The notes under the pieces were generated by a model. That model was not told the DNA's origin, made no database searches, and worked only from the letters and a program-made list of their open reading frames with translations. Shown one piece after another: positions 1 to 12,222 of a stretch of DNA of 64,000 bases (its first letter is position 1; the number at the start of each line of letters is the position of its first letter). The stretch is taken from contig NW_021831824.1 in NCBI RefSeq assembly GCF_006345805.1, positions 1 through 64,000 on the forward strand, read 5' to 3'. Source of the stretch: Octopus sinensis (taxonomy: Eukaryota). Position numbers and translations under genes: made by a program.

Positions 1-195
1 AACGTGGCTCCGGCAGGGTGTGGTGGGCAACCCTGATGTATTCTTCCACCACAACTTTCACTTTTTCTTCCTGTTTCTGTTGTACCTGTATTTCAAACGT
101 CCATCCTTGTCGCACTCTGTGTCACGCTGAATCTCCCCGAGAACTACGTTAGGGGTACACGTGTCTGTGGAGTGCTCAGCCACTTGCACGTTAAT
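1..195 (+). mobile_element. 3' part of tRNA-derived SINE family C (long-tail subfamily)
   Basis: Closely matches 46262-46458 (gtcacgctgaat.tccccgagaactacgtta.gggtacacgtgtctgtggagtgctcagccactt). Confidence 0.85.
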
Positions 196-703
196 TAGAA
201 GTACGTAAAACTACATACTAAACTATGTATACATAGAGAAAAACCTCCTTTTATTAATTATATCTATTTCTTAAATATTAATCCCAATCTTAAAATATAC
301 AGCACATTCAACTTCGCATGCTGATCAATATACGTTTTTTCTCATCTAAATATATTTATTAACTGGCATCAAACTGACTCAGCTTACTGGGGGTGATAGT
401 ACAGGATATTAAAAAAATTGTGTTAAAGAGTTAAGAAATGGGAATAATGAATATAAGGTCGAAGTGATTTCTGTCTTTTTTATGTTGAAAAATGTATTGT
501 AAATGTAAAGAGTATTGGATGTAGTTTTACGTACATCTGTTGTACCAAATTCATGTGTATTTACAGTAATATAAAAAGCCACAATTTATATTTTACAATA
601 CTAGAAATCCTTTACAAAACGTTTAAATGTCTATATTGTTTCATATTTCAACAACAGATAATCACAGGTATCTATGTCTGTTTATCATGCAAATTTGCTC
701 CAC

Positions 704-740
<37 letters not shown>

Positions 741-744
<4 letters not shown>

Positions 745-938
745 GGAATTTGCAGGAAAAACAAAAGACGAAGACAGGTGTATAAACAACAAGCAGGTGT
801 ATTAGTTTGACGCTCGGGAAGGGGAGAAAGTCTTTTACGTTTCGAGCCTACGTTCTTGAACAGAAAGAAACACAAGGAAATAAATAGAGAGAGAATTAAA
901 AAAAACCTTATGGATTTAGCGGACAATCATGGCGACTG
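741..938 (-). mobile_element. Penelope-like terminal fragment (family P2) with minimal hammerhead-like motif, flanked by TA repeats
   Basis: Reverse complement aligns with 13172-13378 and 43050-43247. Motif CTGTTCA-AGAAC-GTAG-GCTC-GAAACGTA at 833-866. Confidence 0.6.
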
Positions 939-960
939 TATATATACATATATACATACA

Positions 961-1603
961 TCTAAAAGCACATTAAATGTTCATACAGCACCAGGAGAGA
1001 AAGCAAAAGGACAAAATAATCTAGCAAAAATTACTGGATAATTCTGTGATTTTAGAGTCAAGTTTTGGCTGCTATTTCCAGCGTGGTGTTATCTCTTAGA
1101 TACCCTAAATTATAAGTTTAATAATAATTATTACCTTTGAAGGTTTTTATCCCCATGCTGACCACTTGATAAGATCGATATTTAAATTAACGATCTTATC
1201 CTTATTCATATAAATTTTATATATTTATTTCGCCATTATATTTACTGCGGTGATATTTCGACCATATCGCACGAGGAGTTATAGGCGGGCAATTTAAACT
1301 GGTCGTGTTCATACATGCATATGTATGTATGTATACGTTCGTATATGAAAGTATTCGTAAGTTATATGTATATATATTTGTATTTATGTTACTATCTGTG
1401 TATATACCACTGATGAGGCAAAGCATTTCTTATGCAAAGCCAGAAAACCGGGATCTGAAATTATCTAGTAATTTTTTGCTAGTTTATTTAGTCCTTTTGT
1501 CTTCTCTCCTAGTGCTGTATAAACATTTAATGTAGTTTTAGAGTCACGTTTTGGCTGCTATTTCCAGCGTGGTGGTATCTCCTAGATAGCCTAAATTATA
1601 ATT
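961..1603 (+). mobile_element. Penelope-like element family P1: inverted 5' segment, terminal repeat, and second partial repeat with hammerhead
   Basis: 961-1044 is the reverse complement of ~1458-1543; 1045-1115 is directly repeated at 1531-1603. CTGATGA..GAAA..ATC at 1410-1455. A second copy lies at 50678-50995 (-). TA repeats on both sides. Confidence 0.7.
1405..1461 (+). ncRNA. type I hammerhead ribozyme motif (slightly decayed stem I)
   Basis: cca-CTGATGA-ggc(aaagcatttcttatgcaaa)gcc-a-GAAA-accggg-ATC-tgaaa. Confidence 0.6.
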
Positions 1604-2134
1604 TATATATATATATATCGATTTCATATTTCGCTCCATATCTTTTTCGTGCTACACCTCCAACCCAATGGTTAGCTTTGAAATTGGTTTCATACACCCT
1701 TGTTCTACAACTACTGCTACTGCTCCATTACAATTATAACTACCACATTTACTAGTTGTTAAAGTGTATCACTGAAGATTTGTCTATAGAGTTCGCAGCC
1801 ACCACAGAAAGTTACGACGTTTCTATGCCTTTTTTCTATCTTTGATCGCTTTATTTACATAGACGTATTCGTATTTGTATACGAAGCGTCGTCACTTCCG
1901 ATGCTAGTTCTGAACTCTATAAAAAATCTGAAGAGATACACTTATAGATAAAAATATCGCACTACTAACACAAAAGCAAGGTTCAATATTGACTCATAAA
2001 CCTTTAATATATTCTTGATAGTACATTACGCATGCGAAACTAAATACTCTGACCTTACAAGTAAATAACAATTACTAAGTACCAATTATCACCATTGCTA
2101 CCAAAATTACCAACTACGACTACTAATAAATTAT

Positions 2135-2350
2135 AATGGTTTCAAATTTTGTCACAAGGCCAGCAATTTTTGGGGAGGTAAGGTAAGTCGATTACATCGA
2201 CCCCACTGTGTAACTGGTACTTAATTTATCGATCCCCAAAGGAGGAAAGGCAAAGTCGACCTCGGCGGAATTTGAACTCAGAACGTAGCAGCAGACGAAA
2301 TGCCGCTAAGCATTTCGCCCAGTGTGCTAACGAATCTACCAGCTCACCGA
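2135..2350 (-). mobile_element. tRNA-derived SINE family A
   Basis: Reverse complement of the family A body (gttctgagttcaaattccgccgaggtcgactttgccttt). A more degenerate copy follows at ~2515-2720. Confidence 0.85.
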
Positions 2351-2418
2351 CTTAATGATAACAATCATACTATTACCACTACTACTGCTGCTGCTGCTGC
2401 TACTACTACTACTACTAC

Positions 2419-2459
<41 letters not shown>

Positions 2460-3027
2460 TAATAATAATAATAATAATAACAATAATAATAATAATAATA
2501 ATAATGATAATAACGGTTTCAGATGTTGGCAAAAGACCAGCACTTTCAGGTGATAAGTCGATTGCATCGACCCAGTACTCAGTTTGTACTCATTTTATCA
2601 ACCACGAGAGTATGAAAGGCAAAGTCGACTTCAGCTGTGTTTGAACTCAGAACATAAACACTAGCGAAATGCCGCTAAACATTTTCCCGGCGTACTAACG
2701 ATTCTGACAGCTCGCCGCATTATTGTTTCAAACTCAGGCACAAGGCCAAGAATCTTTAAGGGGAGCGGGTTAGTCGATTACATCGACCCCAAATATAAAA
2801 TATTTCTGTTGACAGCAGTATTAAATTCATTTCCCGATGGTTACACAAGTAAAGCCACTTCAGCTGACACTGATACGTTATTATTTTAACGACTCTGGGG
2901 AGTTGCAAAGGAAAACCAACACCTACATAGAAGAACTCAACTACACGTAAACATAGTCATCTACATATATATATATATATGTGTGTGTGTGTATGTCTGT
3001 GTCTGTGTTTGTCTGTATACATACACG

Positions 3028-3065
<38 letters not shown>

Positions 3066-3495
3066 AACGTATATATATATGAGTGTATTTGTGTGTGCGT
3101 GTATAAAAAAATGTACGTAAGTATATGGCGTTGCTTGAGAGAACAGCGAACCCACAACATTAAGCATGTTCAACACAATGTTGCATGTGATAAACTAATA
3201 AAATATTAAACTAATATAGAACATTAATATGTATGTATATCTAATTATAGGTACACACGTACACTGACTCACACATGCACTTAAACCCACTCACACACCT
3301 CAGACGTTCGTTCATTTATATAACACACACTTACACACACATAGACACACATATGCATATATGTGTATAAATATGCATTATACATATGTGATTGTGTGTG
3401 TATACTTATATTTATATGTGCGTGTATGTATGTATATATATATATATATATATATATACACCCACACCCACTTGTTTACATATACATATATATAC

Positions 3496-3543
<48 letters not shown>

Positions 3544-4654
3544 GTATGTACGTGTACATATATAAATAATATAATATATAGATATACCATATATACTGTC
3601 TTATTTTATACATATATTATATGAAATACATACTATATATATGTATATATATATTATATATCTATAACATATACTATACATATACCATATATAATATATG
3701 TATAAATATTATATACGGTCCATATATATGTACATATATTATATATGGTGTATAATCAAATATATATATATATATACTATATACTATATATGATAAATGT
3801 ATGTTCATGTATATATGCTATATATAATATATATATTATTATATATACATATATATATTATACATATATATAATCTATGTTATATATACATCATATATAC
3901 GTATTATTATACACACACATATATATATCATACATACATACATAGTGTATGTACGAGTGTGTATGCGTATGTGCATCGTAGCGCATGTCCTAGAGGAGAT
4001 GTGTGAGTGTAACGCGTGTGCTTGTATGAAATTCTTTGTTTTTCTTTCAATTCTTTGATTTTGGGTTTTCTTGTATTTATCCAAGCGAGCGTCACATGCC
4101 AATAGCCAGTGAATGCCATCAAAGGAGAGTACCAAAAGCATGGAAAGACGAAATTATGAAATTTCTTTTGAAGTTTGAAATGAAACTTGTGTCAGTTACT
4201 GGAACAACATGAAGAGGAAACCAAAGCGATTTTTCTTTCTTTCACGACCCTGAAAACAACCTTTCTTAAATAAATAAACAAACGATATGGTCAGTCTGCT
4301 ACTCACCGGAAAACATGTACACTTGACACAGTACTTCATGTCCGCTTCCTCCATTTCCAAACTCCATTTTTCTTCTAATTTGTATGATTTCCCTCCCAAA
4401 ATGCAACCTGTAAAAGAAATGGAATGTAACTGTTAGAACAGTGATCCTCAAACCTTTTCTGTTTTTCAACTCGACCACTCTTTTATGCTGTGAAGAAATG
4501 TGGAGGAAAACATTGGTGACGGCTATCAACAGTTTCTCACAATTACGAATCCATTGAGGAAGGGTTTAAAATTAACAAAAGATCAGACTGATAGAACAAG
4601 TCCATGATCAAAACCATTCCAATTTGACCGTCTACTTAGATATATTATCTTTAA

Positions 4655-5051
4655 TCTCTTACTTGTTTCAGTCATTTTGACTGCGGCCATGCTGGAGCAC
4701 CGCCTTTGGTCGAGAAAATCGACCCCAGGACTTATTCTTTGGAAGCCTAGTACTTATTCTATCGCTTCTATCGGCGGTTTCTTTTGCCGAACCGCTAAGT
4801 TAAGGGGACGTAAACACACCACCATCGGCTGTCAAGCGATGTTGGGTGGACAAACACAGACACACATACATATATATACACATATATACGACGGGCTTCC
4901 TTCAGTTTCCGTCTACCAAATCCACTCACAAGGCTTTGGTCGGCCCGAGACTATAGTAGAAGACACTTGCCCAAGGTGCCACGCAGTGGGGCTGAACCCG
5001 GAACCATGTGGTTGGTAAGCAAGTTACTTACCACACGGCCACTCCTGCGCC
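4655..5051 (-). mobile_element. full-length tRNA/CORE-like SINE family B with internal TA/TG microsatellite
   Basis: Head ggcgcaggagtggccgtgtggtaag, B box ggttcagcccc, CORE-like ggcaccttgggcaagtgtctt, tail gactgaaacaagtaagag. Very similar to 34485-34891. Confidence 0.9.
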
Positions 5052-5424
5052 TATATATCAAAGATTACATTATCTAATGTATCCTTTCCTTCTTTCAAGA
5101 TAGAAAAGTGTGGTTTAGAGGATACTGACTGCTATTTCTAGCAGGCTATGCGATGACATATAGCAATCATGAGCAAATTGCAGCTCGAGCGACTTTCTGA
5201 ATGGCACGCCTAAGAAATAATTAGTTTCAATCTTTTTAGTAGTGCGGCCCGCCTGCTGATGGGTCAAGTCCCATGCGGCCCGCTTCTCGTAAAAAAGCAG
5301 TCCACATCTGATATAGAGGCTTCTATTTTGGTTAGCGATAACAATGGGTGCTAAATTAACAACAAAGTGTATAAATAATAAGTGTATAAATAAAGTGTAT
5401 AAATGAATATTAGTATGAGGAATA

Positions 5425-5755
5425 TTCTTTTCTACTCTAGGCACAAGGCCCGAAATTTGAGAGGAGAGGGCTAGTCGATTAGATCGACCCCAGTACGCAA
5501 CTGGTACTTAATTTATAGACCCCGAAAGGATGTAAGGCAAAGTAGACCTCGGCGGAATTTGAATTCAGAACATAAGGACAGACGAAATAGCGCTATGCAT
5601 TTCGCCCGGCGTGCTAACGTTTCTTATTTCTTTATTGCCCACAAGGGGCTAAAAATAGAAGGGACAAACAAGGACAGACAAACGGATTAAGTCGATTACA
5701 TCGACGCCAGTGCGTAGCTGGTACTTAATTTATCGACCCCGAAAGGATGAAAGGT
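5425..5755 (-). mobile_element. SINE family A dimer
   Basis: Two successive units, each containing ctggtacttaatttat.gaccccgaaaggatg. Confidence 0.85.
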
Positions 5756-6005
5756 AGACTGTTGTAACTCAGCCCTGTCCGTTGTCTCTCCAAATATCAC
5801 AACTTTGTTCTTAATTGTCACCCAGCGTCTCGCTGGTAGCCACTGGTCAATGAAGTATATATATAGAGAGAGACGGAGAGAGACAGACAGACAAAGATTA
5901 AGAATAAAAAGGGAGGAAAGAGTAATTTATATGAGTCTGTGGGCGTGACGTTTCGAAAGGCTGCAAGGGAGGAGAAGCACTGGAAGTAAACACACAACAA
6001 TACAA

Positions 6006-6044
<39 letters not shown>

Positions 6045-6199
6045 CGTGTATATATATATATATATATATATACTTGTATATATATATATATGAATATATA
6101 TACATACATATATATGTATGCATGTATATATATATATATATATATACTTGTATATATATATATATATATGAATATATATACATACATATATATGTATGC

Positions 6200-6255
<56 letters not shown>

Positions 6256-6717
6256 GTGCATATATATATATATGTATATATATAGTGTATATATACGTGC
6301 ATATATATATATACATATATATATACATACATATGTATATATACATGTGTATATAGACATATATACACACACATACATGCATGCATATATGTGCGTATCA
6401 ATGTGTCTATACACTCACACACACATGTAGACGCGGGGCCACTACGGTACTAGAGACACCCATTGTCAGTAGGGGTTGATATAAGGAAATAAAATGTGAT
6501 TCCAGCGAACGTGGAACACATACCTTGACAGTTTTACGGCTCCTTAAGTTAAGCGGATAGCTCCGTGGTTGTGATGGTCGCGGGTGGGGTGGAGAGGTAT
6601 TCTGGCGGGTGTGTCAGGTAACAGTGACCAGCAACAGTTTACAATTTAAAGAAAATGTAAAAGGTGAGCGCCAAAATAATCTTGGGTTTGTATGTATATA
6701 TGTATATATATAGATAT

Positions 6718-6748
<31 letters not shown>

Positions 6749-6787
6749 GTATAGGTGAGAAAGTTGGTGTGTGAAAGCACGTAGTTA

Positions 6788-6834
<47 letters not shown>

Positions 6835-6879
6835 ATATACTTACATATAAATATACATACGCATATATATGCATACACA

Positions 6880-6965
<86 letters not shown>

Positions 6966-6988
6966 GAATATAATATATATATATATTT

Positions 6989-7211
6989 AGTTGCAGCGTG
7001 GAAGGTGTTTAGAATCAGCACGGAATTTAGTCAGTGAACAGGTCGCAGTTTCAAAGCGGCAAAAATATTTTGACAAATTAAATTTAGATGTTGAAGTAAA
7101 TCTAACTATTCTTGTGTGTTTTTAAATGGGTTATAAACACCTTCCACGCTGCAATTGTTTTCCTTTCAGCACACGATCTCAGGTCAAGTCACTTGCTATG
7201 CAAGTACATCT
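6989..7211 (+). mobile_element. Penelope-like terminal fragment family P3 (short inverted 5' end plus tail)
   Basis: ttgcagcgtggaaggtgttta (6991) is inverted at 7134-7154. Homologous to 31811-32008 (-) and 60557-60856. Starts right after (TA)n. Confidence 0.55.
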
Positions 7212-7730
7212 CCGTCGACTTTGCCTTTCACCCTTTTGGTCGATAAATTAAGTACCAGTTACGCACTGGGGTCAATGTAATCGACTTAATCCTTTTGTAT
7301 GTCCTTGTTTGTCTCCTCTATGTTTATGGGCAATAAAGAAATAAGAAACTTTAACACGCCGGGCGAAATGCGTAGCCGTATTTCGTCTGCCGTTACGTTC
7401 TGAGTTCAAATTCCGCCGAGGTCGACTTTGTCTTTCATCCATTCGTGGGCGATAAATTAAGTACCAGTTACGCACTAGGGTCGATATAATCGACTTAATC
7501 CGTTTGTCTGTCCTTGTTTGTCTTCTCTGTGTTTAGCCCCTTATGGGTAGTAAAGAAATCGGTATTTCGTCTGCCGCTACGTTCTGAGTTCAAATTTCGC
7601 CGAGGTCGACTTTGCCTTTCATCCTTTCGGTGTCAATAAATTAAGTACCAGTTGTGTACTGGGGTCGATTTAATCTACTGGCCCCTCCCCAAAGATTTCG
7701 GGCCTTATGCCTAGAGTATAGAAAAGAAAT
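7212..7730 (+). mobile_element. SINE family A, three head-to-tail 5'-truncated units
   Basis: gtcgactttg.ctttca..c...gataaattaagtaccagtt recurs at ~7214, ~7421 and ~7605. Confidence 0.85.
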
Positions 7731-7789
7731 GAATGTGTTCATTTTGTCTTAAAGGTAGCAGTGCAAGCATTCATACAGAGACTATCTCG

Positions 7790-8350
7790 TTGGACCAGAA
7801 TTACGAACCAAGACGAAGTTTAATCCCTTGATGAATGGATGAAATGGCCATATTGGTCTTACTTGTAGAAAAATGGGCGTTGCTTTGCCAAGGAGCACAC
7901 GGAGACTGACGGACATGTTTTTTTATAGGGTGATTTTTTTTCTTTTTTATGGCCAGTGCCTTCGGAATATCCTGCAGATCACTTGCTGTGATGACATCAC
8001 AAACGATGAAATCATGAGAAGAGCTGGCCAAAGTAAGTTCCAAGACATCATCGGAGCCAGACGAAGGAAGTAGGTTGGGCTATGTAGTGCGATTACCGTT
8101 AGAGAAACTGACGAGTACATCCGTCGAATGGACAGTTGAAGGATGAAGAAGAAGAAGAGGTAGGCTGGTGAAGACATGGCAAATGACTGTGCGGAAAGAC
8201 TAGACCGAGATGTGGTTTCACCCGAGAAGAAGAATGCAGTTTGGCCCCGAATGGTACCGCTCGAAGAACTAATCATGCACAATGCAATGTGAGCGAACGG
8301 AGATAACTTTATACATCATCATCATCATCATTATCATCATCACCATCATG
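7790..8350 (+). mobile_element. RTE-clade LINE 3' fragment (decayed) with (CAT)n tail
   Basis: Translation CLRNILQITCCDDITNDEIMRRAGQSKFQDIIGARRRK resembles the RTE C-terminal consensus CLRxILxIxWxDxITNxEVLRRA..RRxRW. Ends in catcatcat at 8313-8350. Confidence 0.75.
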
Positions 8351-8746
8351 TCACAGAACGAGTACTGTACTTGCTGACTTTTGAGATGAACTTTTTCCCC
8401 AAAAATAACATCACAAAAAAATCTCCCAATATTACATACTTTAATCCACTATAATCATTCTACCCTGAATATGCACTGCTGAAGTTAGGGTGTGTCTACA
8501 ATACCCGTGCGTGTTTTATGCCATCAAATACTCTACTTTCGATAGCAGGAGCTATTAACTGATCCATATTGATATATTTCTATAGAACATCTGAAAAACT
8601 TGTATGTTTTATGTTTGTATTTCTATTTTGATTTATGGATTTATTGAACATTTTAGTGGTTTGTTCATTATTTTTTTAATTTTCGATTACGTCTTTCGGT
8701 TTTGTCCAAATAAAATATTATTATTGACACCTGAAATCATTTCATT

Positions 8747-8907
8747 GGCGCAGGTATGGCTGTGTGGTAAGAAGATTTTGCTTTCCAACCACATAGTTCT
8801 GGGTTCAGTCCCATAGCGTGGCACCTTGGGCAAGTATCTTCTACCATAGTCTCGCGCCGACCAAAGCGTTGTGAGTGGATTTGGTAGACGGAAACTGAAA
8901 GAAGCCT
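8747..8907 (+). mobile_element. SINE family B 5' half
   Basis: ggcgcagg.atggctgtgtggtaag...ggcaccttgggcaagt...ggaaactgaaagaagcc. Confidence 0.85.
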
Positions 8908-9409
8908 GAACTTCAAAAGAAACATCACACTGTAAAATATTATTTGATTCATACACGATATTGAGATTAAATGGATTTTATCACATTTCTAGGTAATATG
9001 ACAGCAGGCAGATTTCACTAACCCATAACCCACAACACCATTTCTTTTCAAAACACAAGGATTGCATATAGGGTTCGAACTCGCTCACTTTTTGTAAACA
9101 TGGTAATGCTCACGAACGCATCTTTATGAAAAGCATGATGCAGGTGCGAAACGATGACTCATTGGTTGTAAAAGGCACCCAAATTTACCAGCCTGTCGTT
9201 CGTTTCCCAAATGCTTTATGGTTTATTGCTGTATTGTAGTTATTGTAGTTGTACTGTGAGTATATATATATATATATCGTTTTTTTATTGTTGAACTTTG
9301 TGTTTGTTACATTTGTTGTTACATTTGTTAAATAAAGTTGTTGTTTGTGAAAGTCTTTCTTTACGTGCCCCGCTTGTTTCAAGGGTGATTTGTTATACAC
9401 CAGTACAGT

Positions 9410-10560
9410 ATGCTCAACAACATGACTCCAGTCAAAGAGCCACAAGCTACGAAATACACGATGGAACCAACAAGCATAAAAGAAGGGAAACATTTCGCTG
9501 CAGCCGCCACTGGGTCAGAAACCAAAATAAACATCGAACCAGAAGAGTTGGAAAATTTTAACGAGATGTTTCAAAGAGAGGGCAAGAACTAAAAATTGCC
9601 CATACCGATGAAACCATGGAAAGTGTCGAAAAGAGAACTGTAATTTACAAAAGTTGGATTGTGAAGGACAAGAAACTGGATGTAGCTTCTAAAGAAGCCG
9701 TGGCACTTGCTTTGAAGCAAAATTTGAGGAACTTCACGTTCTTAAAAAGAGAAAGGAAATATGCAAAGGTAGAAGTAAGATTCAAAACCGAGGAGCTGGC
9801 AAAACTTCACTCTATAGAAACTCTAAGGACAGCGGAGGTGGTACTTTTACCCACTTACCTAGGCAGAAGAACGTCTAGATTAAAGTGGGTGAAATACCAC
9901 CGGAATTGAATGCAAGCTGTCTGGTGGCAGCTGTATATTTCGGAATGGAAGAAAAAGTGGCAATCCTACAACCAACAGTAACAGAATGTCAAAATTGGCA
10001 GGGGAAGGAAATCGAGATGATTGTTCAAGCTTCCCCTGTCGACCTGGAAAATATAATAGAGGTTATCGATGTGGGGGGATACAAGCTCTGAGTAATGGTA
10101 GAAGGGAGGAAGCCTCGGTGTTTAAGATGTAGTAAGCTAGGCCACATCAGAGCCGAGTGCAATCCTCCTCTCAATGAAGCACCGAATTCCCCACCTCCAG
10201 AAGAATCTTCAGAAGCCACAACCTCACCATTATCACCAGAACCATCCACAAGAACAACAGAAGAAACTGAAGGAGAATGTCAGAAAATACAGAAGCAATG
10301 GAGTGGCAACAACAAAGGAAAAAGAAAAGACAAGATGAAAAATTGTCATCCTGCGCCATCGAGCACAGAGAAAAAATAATTCAGTCCCCCAAACAGATAT
10401 TATTTATAACCATTCAGCCTAACTTGTTGCTGTAAATGCAAAAAAATGAGCGTTCAATGAGGAAAGTTAATAATATCACAACGGCCAAGAAAATAACAGA
10501 ATTTAGCACACCGAAAGACATTGACATTTTATTTCATTGACATAAATAATATCAACATAC
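9410..10560 (+). pseudogene. disrupted ORF1 (gag-like, CCHC zinc knuckle) of a Tx1/L1-type non-LTR retrotransposon
   Basis: Four consecutive + strand ORFs (9410-9592, 9616-9909, 9885-10091, 10095-10379) broken by stops and frameshifts. VEGRKPRCLRCSKLGHIRAEC is a CX2CX4HX4C knuckle followed by a Pro/Ser/Glu-rich and basic tail. No ORF2 seen. Confidence 0.75.
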
Positions 10561-10569
10561 TCCGAAGCT

Positions 10570-10955
10570 TAGTGGTAATTCGTCTGTCTTTACGTTCTGA
10601 GTTCAAATTCTGCCGAGATCGACTTAGCCTTTCATCCTTTCGGGTTCGATAAATTAAGTATCAGTTGCGTACTAGGGTCGATCTAATCGACTGTCCTCCC
10701 CCATCCCCAAACATTTCGGGCCTTGTGCCTAGAGTAGATAAGAATATTTTCAATAATTTCTTCGTTGTCTCTTCTACTATAGCCACGGACTGACTAAAAT
10801 TTTGTGAGTGGATTGGGTAGACGGAAACTGAAAGTAGCCCGTCGTATGTGGGGACAGGGGTTTGTGTGTCCAACACCACCGCCTGACAGTCAGCAAAAGT
10901 GACCAATAGAATAAGTACCAGGTTTTAAAGACAAAAGTACTAGGGTCAATTCATT
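10570..10955 (+). mobile_element. SINE family A fragment followed by SINE family B 3' part
   Basis: gttctgagttcaaattctgccgag at ~10594; ggtagacggaaactgaaagtagcccgtcg at ~10816. Confidence 0.8.
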
Positions 10956-11296
10956 CGACTAAAAGCATATACGCAGTCTAATGACTAAAACCAGTAAAAG
11001 ATAAAAGTGAAAAGATCCTGTCAAATTCTGAATTCAAATCTCAATTAAATTCAGTTTAACATTTCATCACAACAGGATTTCTTATTTGGTTTTGTTGTTC
11101 TTCTGGTGTAAAATAAAAATGAACAATTACTGCGATTAATCCAGTAGTCTATATGTCTCTAGATTTCTTAGTTTATATCATTCGCTTCTAGAAATGACCA
11201 TCTGGTTGGTTTTACATATAAACATATGTATATTTGTACATTACCGTCGATGATGAAAGACAATGCTTTCGCACACACTATAAATATGTGTATTAT

Positions 11297-11343
<47 letters not shown>

Positions 11344-11386
11344 ACTCACTCACACACATACCCACACTATATGTAGTATAATATAT

Positions 11387-11419
<33 letters not shown>

Positions 11420-11422
<3 letters not shown>

Positions 11423-11610
11423 GAATGGTTGTATACTGTCAATCTAACAAGAACGTGACAGTAGGGGGTACACCACCGCTGTATAGCCCTAGGAAGCATC
11501 GGTGATGTACCCCCTACTGTCACGTCTTGTTAGATTGACAGTATACAACCATTCTATCGCCCCACCACCGTACATGTCTCTACGAGAGATTTAGAAATTC
11601 AATATTTCTT
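11420..11610 (+). mobile_element. palindromic insertion (~58-bp arms) plus ~55-bp tail in (TA)n; putative PLE inverted terminus
   Basis: tagaatggttgtatactgtcaatctaacaaga..gtgacagtagggggtaca is mirrored at 11500-11557. Confidence 0.6.
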
Positions 11611-12114
11611 ATATATATATATATAAGAGAAATAGCCTCTATTAAGCAATTCAATCGGGAAAAACATTATCTATATTAAATAGAAAAAAATTAAATATAC
11701 TATAATAAATATTATTTAAAAAATCAAGGAATTAAATAAACATTAAATTGACTCTTAATTATATACATATATTATATATTATGAAATTTGTTTTGAATTT
11801 TTCCCTGTAAGTTTGGAATTATATTCCCTGATATTATTATTATTATTATCATTATATAATTATACTATAAAAAGATATAATATAATATTATATTATATTA
11901 TATAATGCAGCGAATAATTTAAAACAAATATAAATCCAACAATTTCTTTCGAGTCATTCGTATGTATTAGTGAATTTATAAAATTCAGATTTATGCATAT
12001 AATTATTGCATTTTATTTGTGGGATTCAACTGAATTACCAGTGGAAATTGCATGTTTTCCATCCCCTTGAAGGATTTGGCTTTTTTTCCTGAATATGATT
12101 TATATACACACACG

Positions 12115-12150
<36 letters not shown>

Positions 12151-12190
12151 CACAGACATATATATATATGTATACATATGTATACATATG

Positions 12191-12222
<32 letters not shown>

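Noticed and set aside
5940-5985. Hammerhead half GAAACGTC on the minus strand
   Set aside because: No CUGANGA-like core or stem I upstream.
5818-6430. Long ORFs rich in YI/IY, CV, HT and MYVC (also 32256-33074, 53697-54349, 55015-55710, 57757-58479)
   Set aside because: Translations of stop-free microsatellites, not genes.
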